Assembly (NCBI GenBank): GCA_963840855.1
Contig: CAWJBB010000040.1
Location: 192,001 to 256,000 of the forward strand
Source of the DNA: an uncultured delta proteobacterium
GTDB taxonomy: Bacteria; Desulfobacterota; Binatia; UBA9968
Direction of reading: 5' to 3'
Length of the DNA: 64,000 bases
Positions 10,181 to 19,105 of the stretch are shown piece after piece; the stretch's first letter is position 1, and every line of letters starts with the position of its first letter. The position numbers and the translations under genes are program-made. The notes under the pieces are model-generated. The model saw only the letters and a program-made list of their open reading frames with translations. It was not told where the DNA came from and made no database searches.

Positions 10181-11438
10181 CGGCTCTTGCCCTGGATCTG
10201 TTTTGGTTTCTCCCGCCCGCGGTCTCCTTGACCGAAAAATTGAGTAGCCCTGCCGTGGCGAAAGCGCAAAGTCCGAACAAAGCAAACGCCGCACTGTAAG
10301 CGATATGCTCGGCGACGAGAGCGAAAAGAGCGGGGCTCACAAGCCCGCCAATCTCGCCCACCAGACGCCAAATACCAAAGAATCGACCCCGGGCCGCCGC
10401 CGGCGCCATATCCGAACCCACGACTTGCATACTTCCCGATGTCACGCTGTGACCGGCATGGACCCAGAAGAATCCCACGATAAAACTAGCCAGACTCCAG
10501 TGCCATCCCGCGCTCGACGCGAGAAAGATAAGACCGAGGGCGATCGCTATGAATCCCGGCACCATCGTCGTCTTGCGCCCGAAGCGGTCCATCAAGTAGC
10601 CGCAGGAAAGGGTGATCGGGATGCCGATGACGCTGCTCGCCGTAGCGAGTCCGCCCAACACCTGTGGGCCTACTCCATAGGCGAAGGTTGCATAGAGCAG
10701 CAACGTTCCGCCCCACAAGACGGCCCGCGTCATCGAGGCAAAAAACTGCGCGCAAAAGAATCCCGTATAACCGCCGTTGACGATCAACTTCAACAGAGCT
10801 CGAGTACTGAGCTGATCGTCATTGCCCCGATCCTTTGATTCCCGCCGCGCCGACTCTCGCAGCAGAAAAAAACTCGGCACGATGGCCAACAACGCAAGCA
10901 CGCCGTGCACAACAAACGGCGTGCGAATGCTCCAAGCCGCGAGCACTCCGCCGACGGCCGGACCAACCAGCCTGCCGGCGCCTTCGGTGCCCACCATGCC
11001 GCTGATCTGCCGGCCCCGGTGATGACTCTTGCTGATGTCGGCGATAATCGCCAGCCGCGCCTGCCGCCACATTTCCATCGCGCCGCCGCCGACCAAGCGA
11101 TAGACCAACAACTCAGGGAAAGAATGCGCCACAGCGGTAAGACACGAAGAGCCGGCCATCAGCACCGGGCCGGCAAAGAGAATCGGACGGCGGCCCAGAC
11201 GATCCAGGAGAAAACCGGTGGGCACCGCCGCGATCAACCCACCGAGGGCGTGCACGACGATGACCAATGAGGCGACAGCGAAACCGGTGTCGAAGGACTT
11301 TGCGAAAACCGGAATCGCCGGCGTCGCGATACTATAACCGAGAGCCAGCACAAAGGCAGGGAAATAGAGAGTCAGGAACTGATAAGAAGAGAGCACGCCA
11401 CCGCTGTCCGTCTCCTGAGTGTCGGTATCTCTATCCAT
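10107..11438 (-). CDS. MFS transporter
   Basis: Motif A GFLLDRLGRR and GYLMDRFGRK, about 12 TM segments; start moved to ATG 11438. Confidence 0.9.
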   Translation of the reverse strand: MDRDTDTQETDSGGVLSSYQFLTLYFPAFVLALGYSIATPAIPVFAKSFDTGFAVASLVIVVHALGGLIAAVPTGFLLDRLGRRPILFAGPVLMAGSSCLTAVAHSFPELLVYRLVGGGAMEMWRQARLAIIADISKSHHRGRQISGMVGTEGAGRLVGPAVGGVLAAWSIRTPFVVHGVLALLAIVPSFFLLRESARRESKDRGNDDQLSTRALLKLIVNGGYTGFFCAQFFASMTRAVLWGGTLLLYATFAYGVGPQVLGGLATASSVIGIPITLSCGYLMDRFGRKTTMVPGFIAIALGLIFLASSAGWHWSLASFIVGFFWVHAGHSVTSGSMQVVGSDMAPAAARGRFFGIWRLVGEIGGLVSPALFALVAEHIAYSAAFALFGLCAFATAGLLNFSVKETAGGRNQNRSRARAGSKFKVKCSAGSRFRFKSSRSFQP

Positions 11439-11510
11439 ACGGGAATGCGAAGCTCTTCCCAGTACGAATCGATAGGTGAAAACTCCGCACAATGGCTATC
11501 ATGCCCAGCC

Positions 11511-12332
11511 TTAAGCTTCGTCCCGGACGGCGCGCGAATACCACATCAGCGCCACACCGACGACCAAGCCGATAGCAAATGCCACGACCCACAACCACGT
11601 GCCAGGCGCGGCCCAAACAACCGTATGGACCGAAGCGTCCACTACCACAAGTCCCAAGATAGTGAAGAAGCCTAGGACGGCGTAGGTGATACCGAGTGTG
11701 AAGTATTCGATGGGCGCGGCGGCGCGCGCCAACACGAACGCGCCCACGGCGCCGGTAAGAAAAATAGCGCTGTACATCTGGCCATGAAAAACGTCGATCT
11801 TCCACGGCCAAAAGGCGCTGGCGGACTCTGGCGCGAAAAATTGAGCCAGCCCGTACACGGCCAAGACAACTCCCAACCCGCGTAAACCATAGCGCCATGG
11901 TGCCGGCACCGGGGTTGGGTCAGCCGGCCGTAATCGCCGATAGAGCCAAAGGTGATAGGCGGCATTGATAGGCAGCACGATGTACAGAACGAACCAGACC
12001 CAAGTTGCCAAGCGGTCGTAGCGAAAATTTCCGAGCGCCAGCAGCGTCATGACGAGAACGACGAAGGTAAAGGTAAAAAGCATGGGCAGCACCAACCGAG
12101 CGGGCGCCCATCGGCTGCCCACGAGCATCATCGCGACGGCAATCATAGAGGTCAAATATACCGCGCCGACGAAACGGGCATTGAAGGGCCGTATCTCCCA
12201 GGGCCAATGGGCTCGCGTCAAGTCAGTAAAGAAGAACAGACCCACGCCCGCCCCGATGAGAACGAAGACTTCAACGACCGTCAGGCCGCGCAGAAGCGGC
12301 GTGATGGGCGGGTTTTTATTCTTGATTAACAT
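11511..12332 (-). CDS. Uncharacterised integral membrane protein with internal duplication
   Basis: About 8 hydrophobic segments; halves share WPW motifs (HWPWEIRPFNARFVGAVY, FWPWKIDVFHGQMYSAIF). Confidence 0.75.
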   Translation of the reverse strand: MLIKNKNPPITPLLRGLTVVEVFVLIGAGVGLFFFTDLTRAHWPWEIRPFNARFVGAVYLTSMIAVAMMLVGSRWAPARLVLPMLFTFTFVVLVMTLLALGNFRYDRLATWVWFVLYIVLPINAAYHLWLYRRLRPADPTPVPAPWRYGLRGLGVVLAVYGLAQFFAPESASAFWPWKIDVFHGQMYSAIFLTGAVGAFVLARAAAPIEYFTLGITYAVLGFFTILGLVVVDASVHTVVWAAPGTWLWVVAFAIGLVVGVALMWYSRAVRDEA

Positions 12333-12388
12333 TCCATTTGTCCTCTCATCTCTGAGCTATGCACTATGGGCACTGGAGACGCAACGGG

Positions 12389-12529
12389 CAGAACAGCACC
12401 ACCAATAGCCAGCATGATACTCCCCGCATTAAATCCTGTAACTGTCCCAACCCCCATAAAGGAACCAATGAACCCGCCAATGAAAGCACCCGCGATCCCT
12501 ATCAAGATGGTAATGATAATTCCTCCGGG
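12389..12529 (-). pseudogene. Fragment of a GlsB/YeaQ/YmgE (transglycosylase-associated) small membrane protein
   Basis: Manual translation PGGIIITILIGIAGAFIGGFIGSFMGVGTVTGFNAGSIMLAIGGAVL; no in-frame start before an upstream TGA; usual N-terminal helix missing. Confidence 0.7.
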
Positions 12530-12615
12530 TATTCCCTCATTTTGCAGTTCGAAGTTCCTTAGGAGCCAAACGGAACAATGTGCTGCACGGCTTCAACGGC
12601 GCAACATCGATCTGA

Positions 12616-12659
12616 AGGGCTGGACATTTAACCTCCGGTTGCGCTAAGAGGCTTTTAAA
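12616..12659 (+). promoter_or_regulatory. Conserved ~44-bp motif, copy 1 (upstream of the fusion gene)
   Basis: AGGGCTGGACATTTAACCTCCGGTTGCGCTAAGAGGCTTTTAAA; recurs at 18938 and 21634. Confidence 0.8.
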
Positions 12660-12692
12660 TTCGTTGTCTTTTTCTTACCGGAAGGAAAATAG

Positions 12693-15600
12693 GTGGCGCA
12701 GTACTTGATGGGACTCGACCTCGGCGGCAGAAAGGGCCGCTGCTTGCTTCTTGACGTGGAGTCTGGCGCGGCGGTGACAACGTCGCGGCCGTGGCAACAC
12801 CGGGGGACCGCCGGATTCGGCTACAACCTCGACACTGTCGAGGTGTGGCGGCTGTTCGGTGAAGCCGCACGCGAGGCCATGGCCAAGGTCGGTGCACGAC
12901 CGCAGGATGTCTTGGCGGTCTCTACCACAGGAATGCGCCATGGATCGGTTGTGGTCGATGCCAGAGGAGAAGTGCTGCTTGCAACCCCGACGCGAGACGC
13001 GCGCGGCGCGATGCACGGTCTTCAGCTTGCGGCCGAACGCGGGCGCGAGTTCCACGAACGAACTGGCCACTTTCCGGCGCCTTTGTTTACGGCTTCCCGG
13101 TTATTGTGGATGGCGGACGAAGCGCCCGAGCTTCTCGGCCGGGCACACACAGTGTTAGGACTAAGCGATTGGTTGGCCTATCGGCTATCGGGAAAGACGG
13201 TCGCTGAACCGTCGGTGGCGAGCGAAAGCGGCCTGTTCGAGGCGGGTGCGAGGCAGTGGGCGGATGACCTTATTCGCTCGCTGGGCTTGCCACGATATCT
13301 GTTTCCGGAGGTGGTGTCGTCGGGTGCGACGCTTGGGTCGCTAGGCAAAGATGCGGCCGCGCATCTGGGTTTACAGCCGGGAATCCCGGTAGTCACAGGT
13401 GGCGGCGATACGCAGTGTGCCTTGCTTGGGACAGGCGTGGTTGACTGGGGCCAGATGGCTGTTGTCGCCGGATCGACGATGCCGGTGCAGTGCGTGCTCG
13501 AGCGTGGGTTCATCGACACTGAGGCTCGCCTGTGGACCTCGCACCACGTCGTACCGGGGCGCTGGACGCTCGAGTCCAACGGCGGGCCGAGCGGCGACAT
13601 GATCGATTGGCTGGCTGGCGTAATCTATTCGGGATTGGGCGATCCGGCGGCGGCCTTGTTTGCCGAAGCCTCTCAAAGTGTTGTGGGCGCCGAAGGGATC
13701 GTCTCGACCTTGGGAGCTGAGGTGTTCAACGCCAGCCGTCTGCGGCTGCCCCTCGGTCATCTGACATTGTCGCCAATGATGGTGGCTGACGATCCATCGC
13801 GGCGTCGCCACTTGGCGCGAGCAGTTGTCGAAGGTTTGGCCTACGCGGCGAGGGCTAACATTGAGCTTTTGCAAAAGGCGGCGCCGAAGGGATCCATCGA
13901 AGCGATCCGATTGGCCGGCGGGATGTCAAAGAGCGGATTCTTCGCACAGCTCCTTGCGGATGTGCTCGGCGTGCCGGTTGAAGTAGCCCAGGTACCGGAG
14001 TGCTCGGCGCTTGGAGCGGCAATTTGCGCCGGGGTCGGAGCGGGCCTCTATGGCAACCTGGTCGACGGAGCCAAGCGTTTTAGCGGTGGACTGCGGGGCT
14101 TTGCGCCTGATCTGGCGAGACACGCGGTCTATCAACCGCATTATAGTCGCTGGATGGAACTACGCGCGGCGCGTCAGAAGGCCGACGAGATCGCCGAATC
14201 GGGCGCGCTACAGGCGATCATGGCCAAGGCGGCCGAGAATTCTGCGAACAGCGCATTCAAGACCAGCGCGCTGCGGCCCAACATTCTGGTCACTGCGGCG
14301 ATGGACGAGGAAGGGTTGGTGGCGCTGCGCAAGCTTGGCGAAGTCCGTTATGAGAGTTTTCGCGAAAACTTGCAGCTACTAACTGGCGAGGACCTGATCG
14401 AGGCGCTCGCCGGAGTGCAGGTGTTCATCACCGAGGTGGACGCGGTGGACGCCGAGGTGTTGAGCAAAGCGCCGGATCTGCGGGTGGTCGCTTCCTGCCG
14501 CCGTAACCCGGTCAATCTCGACATCGACGCGTGCACGGCGCATGGGATTTTGGTGCTCACGACACCGGGGCGCAACGTGGACGCGGTCGCTGACCTGACG
14601 ATCTGTTTCATGCTGATGTTGGCGCGCAAGCTGCCGCAAGCAACGCAGTTCCTCCATCAACCCGGCGAGGCAGGCGATGTCGGTCGCATGGGGCGGGCCT
14701 TCGAGGGTTTACAGGGGCACGAGCTTTGGCGTAAGACGATCGGCATCGTTGGTTTGGGGTCGGTTGGCCAACGCGTGGCCAAGCGCCTTCAACCGTTTGG
14801 CGCGCGCGTCATTGCCAACGATCCATTCCTTTCGCCCGTAAGGGCGGCGCTCCTCGACGTCGAGTCGGTCTCGTTGGAGCAGCTCCTTACCGAGAGCGAT
14901 TTCGTCACCCTGCACGCGGCCGTCACGGACGTATCGCGGGCGCTGCTCGGGCCCGCGGAAATTGCGAAGATGAAGCGGGACGCGTGCCTGATCAACACCG
15001 CGCGCGCGGCTCTGGTCGATGAAGCGGCGCTCGTCTCGGCGCTCAAGGACGAGCGGCTCGCGGGCGCGGCGGTCGACGTATTTCCCATCGAGCCGCCCGG
15101 TTCGGATCATCCGCTGCTCCAGCTTTCGAATGTGATCGCCACGCCGCACATCGGCGGCAACACCTTCGAAGTTTCCTCGCACCAAGGCGCCATCGTGGCG
15201 GCGGACCTGGCTGAACTTCTGCGCGGCGGGCGACCGCATAATGTCGCTAACCGCGAAACCCTCGAGCATTTTAGTTGGACCGCGCCGCGGCCCGTGCCTT
15301 CACTCGAGGCTCTCGAGCGGCTGCGCCGGAACTCACGGCCGTCGGTGACCGACCTTCCCGTCGACACGGAAAAGGCCTTGTCGGCTCCAAAAGGGGCGCC
15401 AGTTTTCCCCATCGAAGCGCCCCGTGCGGCGAAGAAAGAGAGCCTGCTTTCGGGACTCAAGAACGCTTTTCTCGGTCGTCGATCGGAGAGGGTTGAAACC
15501 CCCGCTATGTTGGACCACCCCACTGAGCGCCAGAACGGCAGTCGTTCGGATGGATCGAAGGCAGTGCGCGCGCATATGGAGCGGCTTTTGGGCAACTTCG

Positions 15601-16694
15601 GCCAGCGGGTGAGCCGCGACGAGAAGATCCTGTCGTTCGCCGAAGGACGGCAGGTGACGGTGCGCTATGAGCTCAATGATGTGGATCTCTCCTTCTATAC
15701 GAGCTTCGATCAGGGCGCGGTGCGTTGTGGCGTGGGCGATCCGCCGGAAAAGCCGCAAGTTACGCTGAAGATGAAGGCCGACATTCTCGACAAGCTGTTT
15801 ACCGGACGGGAGAACGGTCCGAAGGCGGCGATGAGCGGGAAGCTGTCCTTCATCGGCGACACCATCAAGGCGATGTCGTTGCAGCGCATTCAGAAAGATC
15901 TCAATCGCCTCTACACCGAGGCCCGAGCCGAAGCCGGAGATCTCGACGCGGTTTTCGAACGGGCGGCGGACGAGGCACCCGGGCAGAGCCAGCCGCGGCC
16001 TGCGGGGCCGCTTACTACCGCGGCTGTAAGCGGCGAGGTCGCCAGCGCGGCTCGAATCCTCGCCGGTGATATTCGCGACGAGGTCGTTCGCGCCGTCGAG
16101 GAAATGTACGCGCACGGCCTCATCACTTCGACGGGCGGCAACGTGAGTGTACGGATCCCGGGCAAAGACGAAGTTTGGATCACACCCAATTCGTTCTTCA
16201 AGGGCGCGCTTCGCCCAGACATGTTGGTGCGGGTCGATCTCGAGGGCAACCCGATCGGCGATTCTCCCTATGCACCGTCGAGCGAGCGCATGCTGCACTG
16301 CGCGGTCTACCGTAACAAAGCGATTGTGGGGGCGGTGATCCACTCCCATGCGCCAAAGACAACGCTCTTGGGTCTCGCAGGCCTCCCGTTCCTACCGATT
16401 TCGACGGAGGCCGCTTTCATCGGCGAGATTCCACGCATCCCGTTCATCATGCCTGGAACCACTGAGCTGGCCGATGCGGTGGCTGCGGTTGCCAAGGATG
16501 CCCCCGCCGTGATCATGCAAAACCATGGCCTCATCGTCGGTGGACCGAACTTGCGTCACACCATCGACATGACGCTCATCATCGAGCACACGGCGGACAA
16601 GCTCATCGCTTGCCATATGCTCGGAAAGATTCCGCCGGTTCTGCCCGACGAGATCGTCAGTGCACTGAGAAGCCTCGGAGAGATGGTCTCGTAG
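12693..16694 (+). CDS. Four-domain fusion: FGGY carbohydrate kinase, D-2-hydroxyacid dehydrogenase, SCP2 domain, class II aldolase/adducin
   Basis: FGGY: GLDLG, GGGDTQC, ECSALGAAICAGVGAG. Dehydrogenase: IVGLGSVG, INTARA, DVFPIEP, TPHIGG. SCP2: VTLKMKADILDKLFTG…AAMSGKLSFIGD. Aldolase: GGNVSVR, PSSERMLH, HSH, NHG. One uninterrupted ORF. Confidence 0.85.
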   Translation: MAQYLMGLDLGGRKGRCLLLDVESGAAVTTSRPWQHRGTAGFGYNLDTVEVWRLFGEAAREAMAKVGARPQDVLAVSTTGMRHGSVVVDARGEVLLATPTRDARGAMHGLQLAAERGREFHERTGHFPAPLFTASRLLWMADEAPELLGRAHTVLGLSDWLAYRLSGKTVAEPSVASESGLFEAGARQWADDLIRSLGLPRYLFPEVVSSGATLGSLGKDAAAHLGLQPGIPVVTGGGDTQCALLGTGVVDWGQMAVVAGSTMPVQCVLERGFIDTEARLWTSHHVVPGRWTLESNGGPSGDMIDWLAGVIYSGLGDPAAALFAEASQSVVGAEGIVSTLGAEVFNASRLRLPLGHLTLSPMMVADDPSRRRHLARAVVEGLAYAARANIELLQKAAPKGSIEAIRLAGGMSKSGFFAQLLADVLGVPVEVAQVPECSALGAAICAGVGAGLYGNLVDGAKRFSGGLRGFAPDLARHAVYQPHYSRWMELRAARQKADEIAESGALQAIMAKAAENSANSAFKTSALRPNILVTAAMDEEGLVALRKLGEVRYESFRENLQLLTGEDLIEALAGVQVFITEVDAVDAEVLSKAPDLRVVASCRRNPVNLDIDACTAHGILVLTTPGRNVDAVADLTICFMLMLARKLPQATQFLHQPGEAGDVGRMGRAFEGLQGHELWRKTIGIVGLGSVGQRVAKRLQPFGARVIANDPFLSPVRAALLDVESVSLEQLLTESDFVTLHAAVTDVSRALLGPAEIAKMKRDACLINTARAALVDEAALVSALKDERLAGAAVDVFPIEPPGSDHPLLQLSNVIATPHIGGNTFEVSSHQGAIVAADLAELLRGGRPHNVANRETLEHFSWTAPRPVPSLEALERLRRNSRPSVTDLPVDTEKALSAPKGAPVFPIEAPRAAKKESLLSGLKNAFLGRRSERVETPAMLDHPTERQNGSRSDGSKAVRAHMERLLGNFGQRVSRDEKILSFAEGRQVTVRYELNDVDLSFYTSFDQGAVRCGVGDPPEKPQVTLKMKADILDKLFTGRENGPKAAMSGKLSFIGDTIKAMSLQRIQKDLNRLYTEARAEAGDLDAVFERAADEAPGQSQPRPAGPLTTAAVSGEVASAARILAGDIRDEVVRAVEEMYAHGLITSTGGNVSVRIPGKDEVWITPNSFFKGALRPDMLVRVDLEGNPIGDSPYAPSSERMLHCAVYRNKAIVGAVIHSHAPKTTLLGLAGLPFLPISTEAAFIGEIPRIPFIMPGTTELADAVAAVAKDAPAVIMQNHGLIVGGPNLRHTIDMTLIIEHTADKLIACHMLGKIPPVLPDEIVSALRSLGEMVS

Positions 16695-16753
16695 GCGAGC
16701 ACCGCTCCAACTTTCGGTACTCTTTGGGAAGAAGCGACTGGAGTCCGAGGGTG

Positions 16754-17896
16754 TTAGCCCTTCGGAATGGGCGATACTTGGGGGTCAGGGTGCTCCAGCC
16801 AGCGGATCACGGTAATCGCCAGGGCCACCGCGGTAATCTCTAGATGCGCGCCAAGCAGAAAGTGGTCGCTGCCCAGCTCGGCTAGCGTCACGCCGCCTGG
16901 AAAAATCATGTCGGACAACAGTAAAAGCCCGTCATTGGGTCCATGCTTTCGCAGCGGAAAAAAGCCTCTGCGCGCCAAAAAAGAAATGCTGCCGCTGACA
17001 GGAATGCCAAAGTAGTTAACCACAAGCACATGTTCAGGGATGCGAAAGGAATCGAATCGTTGCCGACTGCGCGCAGTCGTGATGCTATCCTTGCCGGCAA
17101 CGTCCACTTTACCAACTATATATTCTAACTCCGGCGCAAGCCCTTCGTCCGCGACCGGGGAGCCTTGAAGTGCGCCCACCGTATTGATCCATGCGGCGAC
17201 ATGACCGGTCTCAGCGAGTCCCAGCCGCGTCAACGCGAGGGCGACTTCCGGACTGGACTTGCTGGCGCTGACGATGATCAGCCGGCGGCCGCTCTGCGCC
17301 TGAGCCCGAATGGCGGCAGTCACGATATCCGCGTTCACCTCAACGGCGCCGTCGTCTTGCGTTTCGACAAAATGGCAGGTGAATCCCACCTGTTGCAGCG
17401 CTGCCCGCGGAGCGGCGAAATCGGCACCCGTGAAGGTCAACCGCTTGTAGAGATAGGTGGGCACAAACATGATTTCATAGTCGGCGGCCGCCGAGGGTAA
17501 TCTAACGCGACCTTCAGGAAGGTTTTTGCGCGTATAATCGTAGGCTTGATCGAAGGCGCTCCGAAAACGACGATTGACCGGCGTGCGATCGATCTGGTCG
17601 GCCAAATATAAAGCTGCGAAGTCAACCGAGAACTCATCGCTTAGATGTTTCAGGTCGTTGCGGTCGGGCAGATTACCGTTGGCACTCTGGTAAACGCGAT
17701 CGATCCGCTCATCGAGCACAGCATCGCTGCGTTTTCCCGCGAGGTAGTTTCCGAGGTAATAACGCGCTACTTCCAAATCGACCCGGGTTTCGATGGTTTG
17801 CCCACCCACGCTGCCGCGCACCGGCAGGCCGGCGCATGCCGTCAGCGACAGAAGGGCAGATGATAAAAGAATAAACTTGAGCCGATGGAGGATCAT
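16754..17896 (-). CDS. Putative lipoprotein, alpha/beta-hydrolase-like
   Basis: Lipobox LSLTAC; IIVSASKSS at the likely nucleophile elbow, ALQGSPVAD, NDGLL, SDH. Confidence 0.6.
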   Translation of the reverse strand: MILHRLKFILLSSALLSLTACAGLPVRGSVGGQTIETRVDLEVARYYLGNYLAGKRSDAVLDERIDRVYQSANGNLPDRNDLKHLSDEFSVDFAALYLADQIDRTPVNRRFRSAFDQAYDYTRKNLPEGRVRLPSAAADYEIMFVPTYLYKRLTFTGADFAAPRAALQQVGFTCHFVETQDDGAVEVNADIVTAAIRAQAQSGRRLIIVSASKSSPEVALALTRLGLAETGHVAAWINTVGALQGSPVADEGLAPELEYIVGKVDVAGKDSITTARSRQRFDSFRIPEHVLVVNYFGIPVSGSISFLARRGFFPLRKHGPNDGLLLLSDMIFPGGVTLAELGSDHFLLGAHLEITAVALAITVIRWLEHPDPQVSPIPKG

Positions 17897-18026
17897 GTTA
17901 ATAAGCCCTGCGTAAGCTGCACCTTTGCGTTTGACGAGAAGAATTTCGGCGCCGTCCAAAGCCCAACCCAATCCAGAGAGTTAGGCCGTTGCCCAACTAC
18001 CGCCGGGCGGACCTCAGTAGAAGGAG

Positions 18027-18872
18027 TTAGTTGGAGAATAGCTCCGGCGAGCTCTCCGGAGTTGCTTCGTCTTCATCTTTCCGAGCCCTATCCCTGCCGC
18101 TAATTCGCCCCACAACACGGTTGTAGCAGTCCGCGGCAAGTTTTTTCCTACCTGCCGAGTTGTCTTCATATCGGAAACATTCGATCTTGGGCTGAATCGT
18201 CATCCTGACCTCGACGCTCCGCAGTCCTAAAAGCTTCCAAAAATGAGGCAAAAAGTCCATATCACCGTAACAATAGATTAAGTCCCGATTGGCCACCGAG
18301 ACGGGTTGTTCTTCGATACTCGTGTAAGCAAGCGTGACCGGAACGATAATCGACCGGCTTCTTATAGGCGCAGCCAGCGGAGCGGTTTGGAAGGGCAGCA
18401 TCCGTTCGCCATTCGTCGCAGCTCCCTCTGGAAACAGCAAGATATTGGCCTCCTGCTTTAGTTTCCGCCTAATCTCCTTAGTCGTTAACGAAACGAGGCT
18501 TTTTCGTTGACGATTGATGAAGATGGTTCCGCAAAGTGTCGTCCATTGACCGATCACCGGCCAGCTTTTCACTTCTCTTTTGGAGACAAAAATCACGGGG
18601 AAAAGAGCTCCCAGAACAATGCCATCAATGTAGCCGACGTGGTTACTGATGATCACATAGCCGCCGCGTTCCAGTTGCCCTTCGTCGCCCTCCACCGTCA
18701 CTTTGATGTTTAGAATCGTTCTCAAGAGAAAGTTAAAACTTCGTATCGGTCGGCTGATAATCTTCCAGCGGTTAGGAAGTTTTAGCACACTTATCCACAG
18801 GTGGGCCAGGGTCACGACCCCGAAGAAAAGTAACCACAAGGATAAGATAGCGGAGAGCTTAACCCATCTCAT
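18027..18872 (-). CDS. Lysophospholipid acyltransferase (PlsC-like)
   Basis: NHVGYID (HX4D), FINR, FPEG motifs. Confidence 0.88.
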   Translation of the reverse strand: MRWVKLSAILSLWLLFFGVVTLAHLWISVLKLPNRWKIISRPIRSFNFLLRTILNIKVTVEGDEGQLERGGYVIISNHVGYIDGIVLGALFPVIFVSKREVKSWPVIGQWTTLCGTIFINRQRKSLVSLTTKEIRRKLKQEANILLFPEGAATNGERMLPFQTAPLAAPIRSRSIIVPVTLAYTSIEEQPVSVANRDLIYCYGDMDFLPHFWKLLGLRSVEVRMTIQPKIECFRYEDNSAGRKKLAADCYNRVVGRISGRDRARKDEDEATPESSPELFSN

Positions 18873-18937
18873 GACGCGCCTGTTATGAGGCAAACATTAT
18901 TAGATAACGACGGGTTAAGTCAACTTGCTTGCATCAC

Positions 18938-18981
18938 AGGGCTGGACATTTACGCCTCAGTTGCGGTAAGAGGCTTTTAAA
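18938..18981 (+). promoter_or_regulatory. Conserved ~44-bp motif, copy 2 (upstream of the ferritin-like gene)
   Basis: AGGGCTGGACATTTACGCCTCAGTTGCGGTAAGAGGCTTTTAAA. Confidence 0.8.
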
Positions 18982-19105
18982 CTCTTCGAATAAGGCAGCA
19001 TAACCGGACGGAGATCAATCGCGATCATTTCCGGCTGGCGTCAGAAACTGAATCGCATCTGTTTTTATTTTGCTTATGTACGAGAATAGCCGAAGGGAAC
19101 TATGG

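Noticed and set aside
12359-12647. Plus-strand ORFs 12359-12562 and 12366-12647
   Set aside because: Antisense shadows of the GlsB/YeaQ fragment
12616-12659. Thrice-repeated motif as a sigma54 promoter (TGG…TTGC)
   Set aside because: The GG to GC spacing is 17 nt, not the required 10
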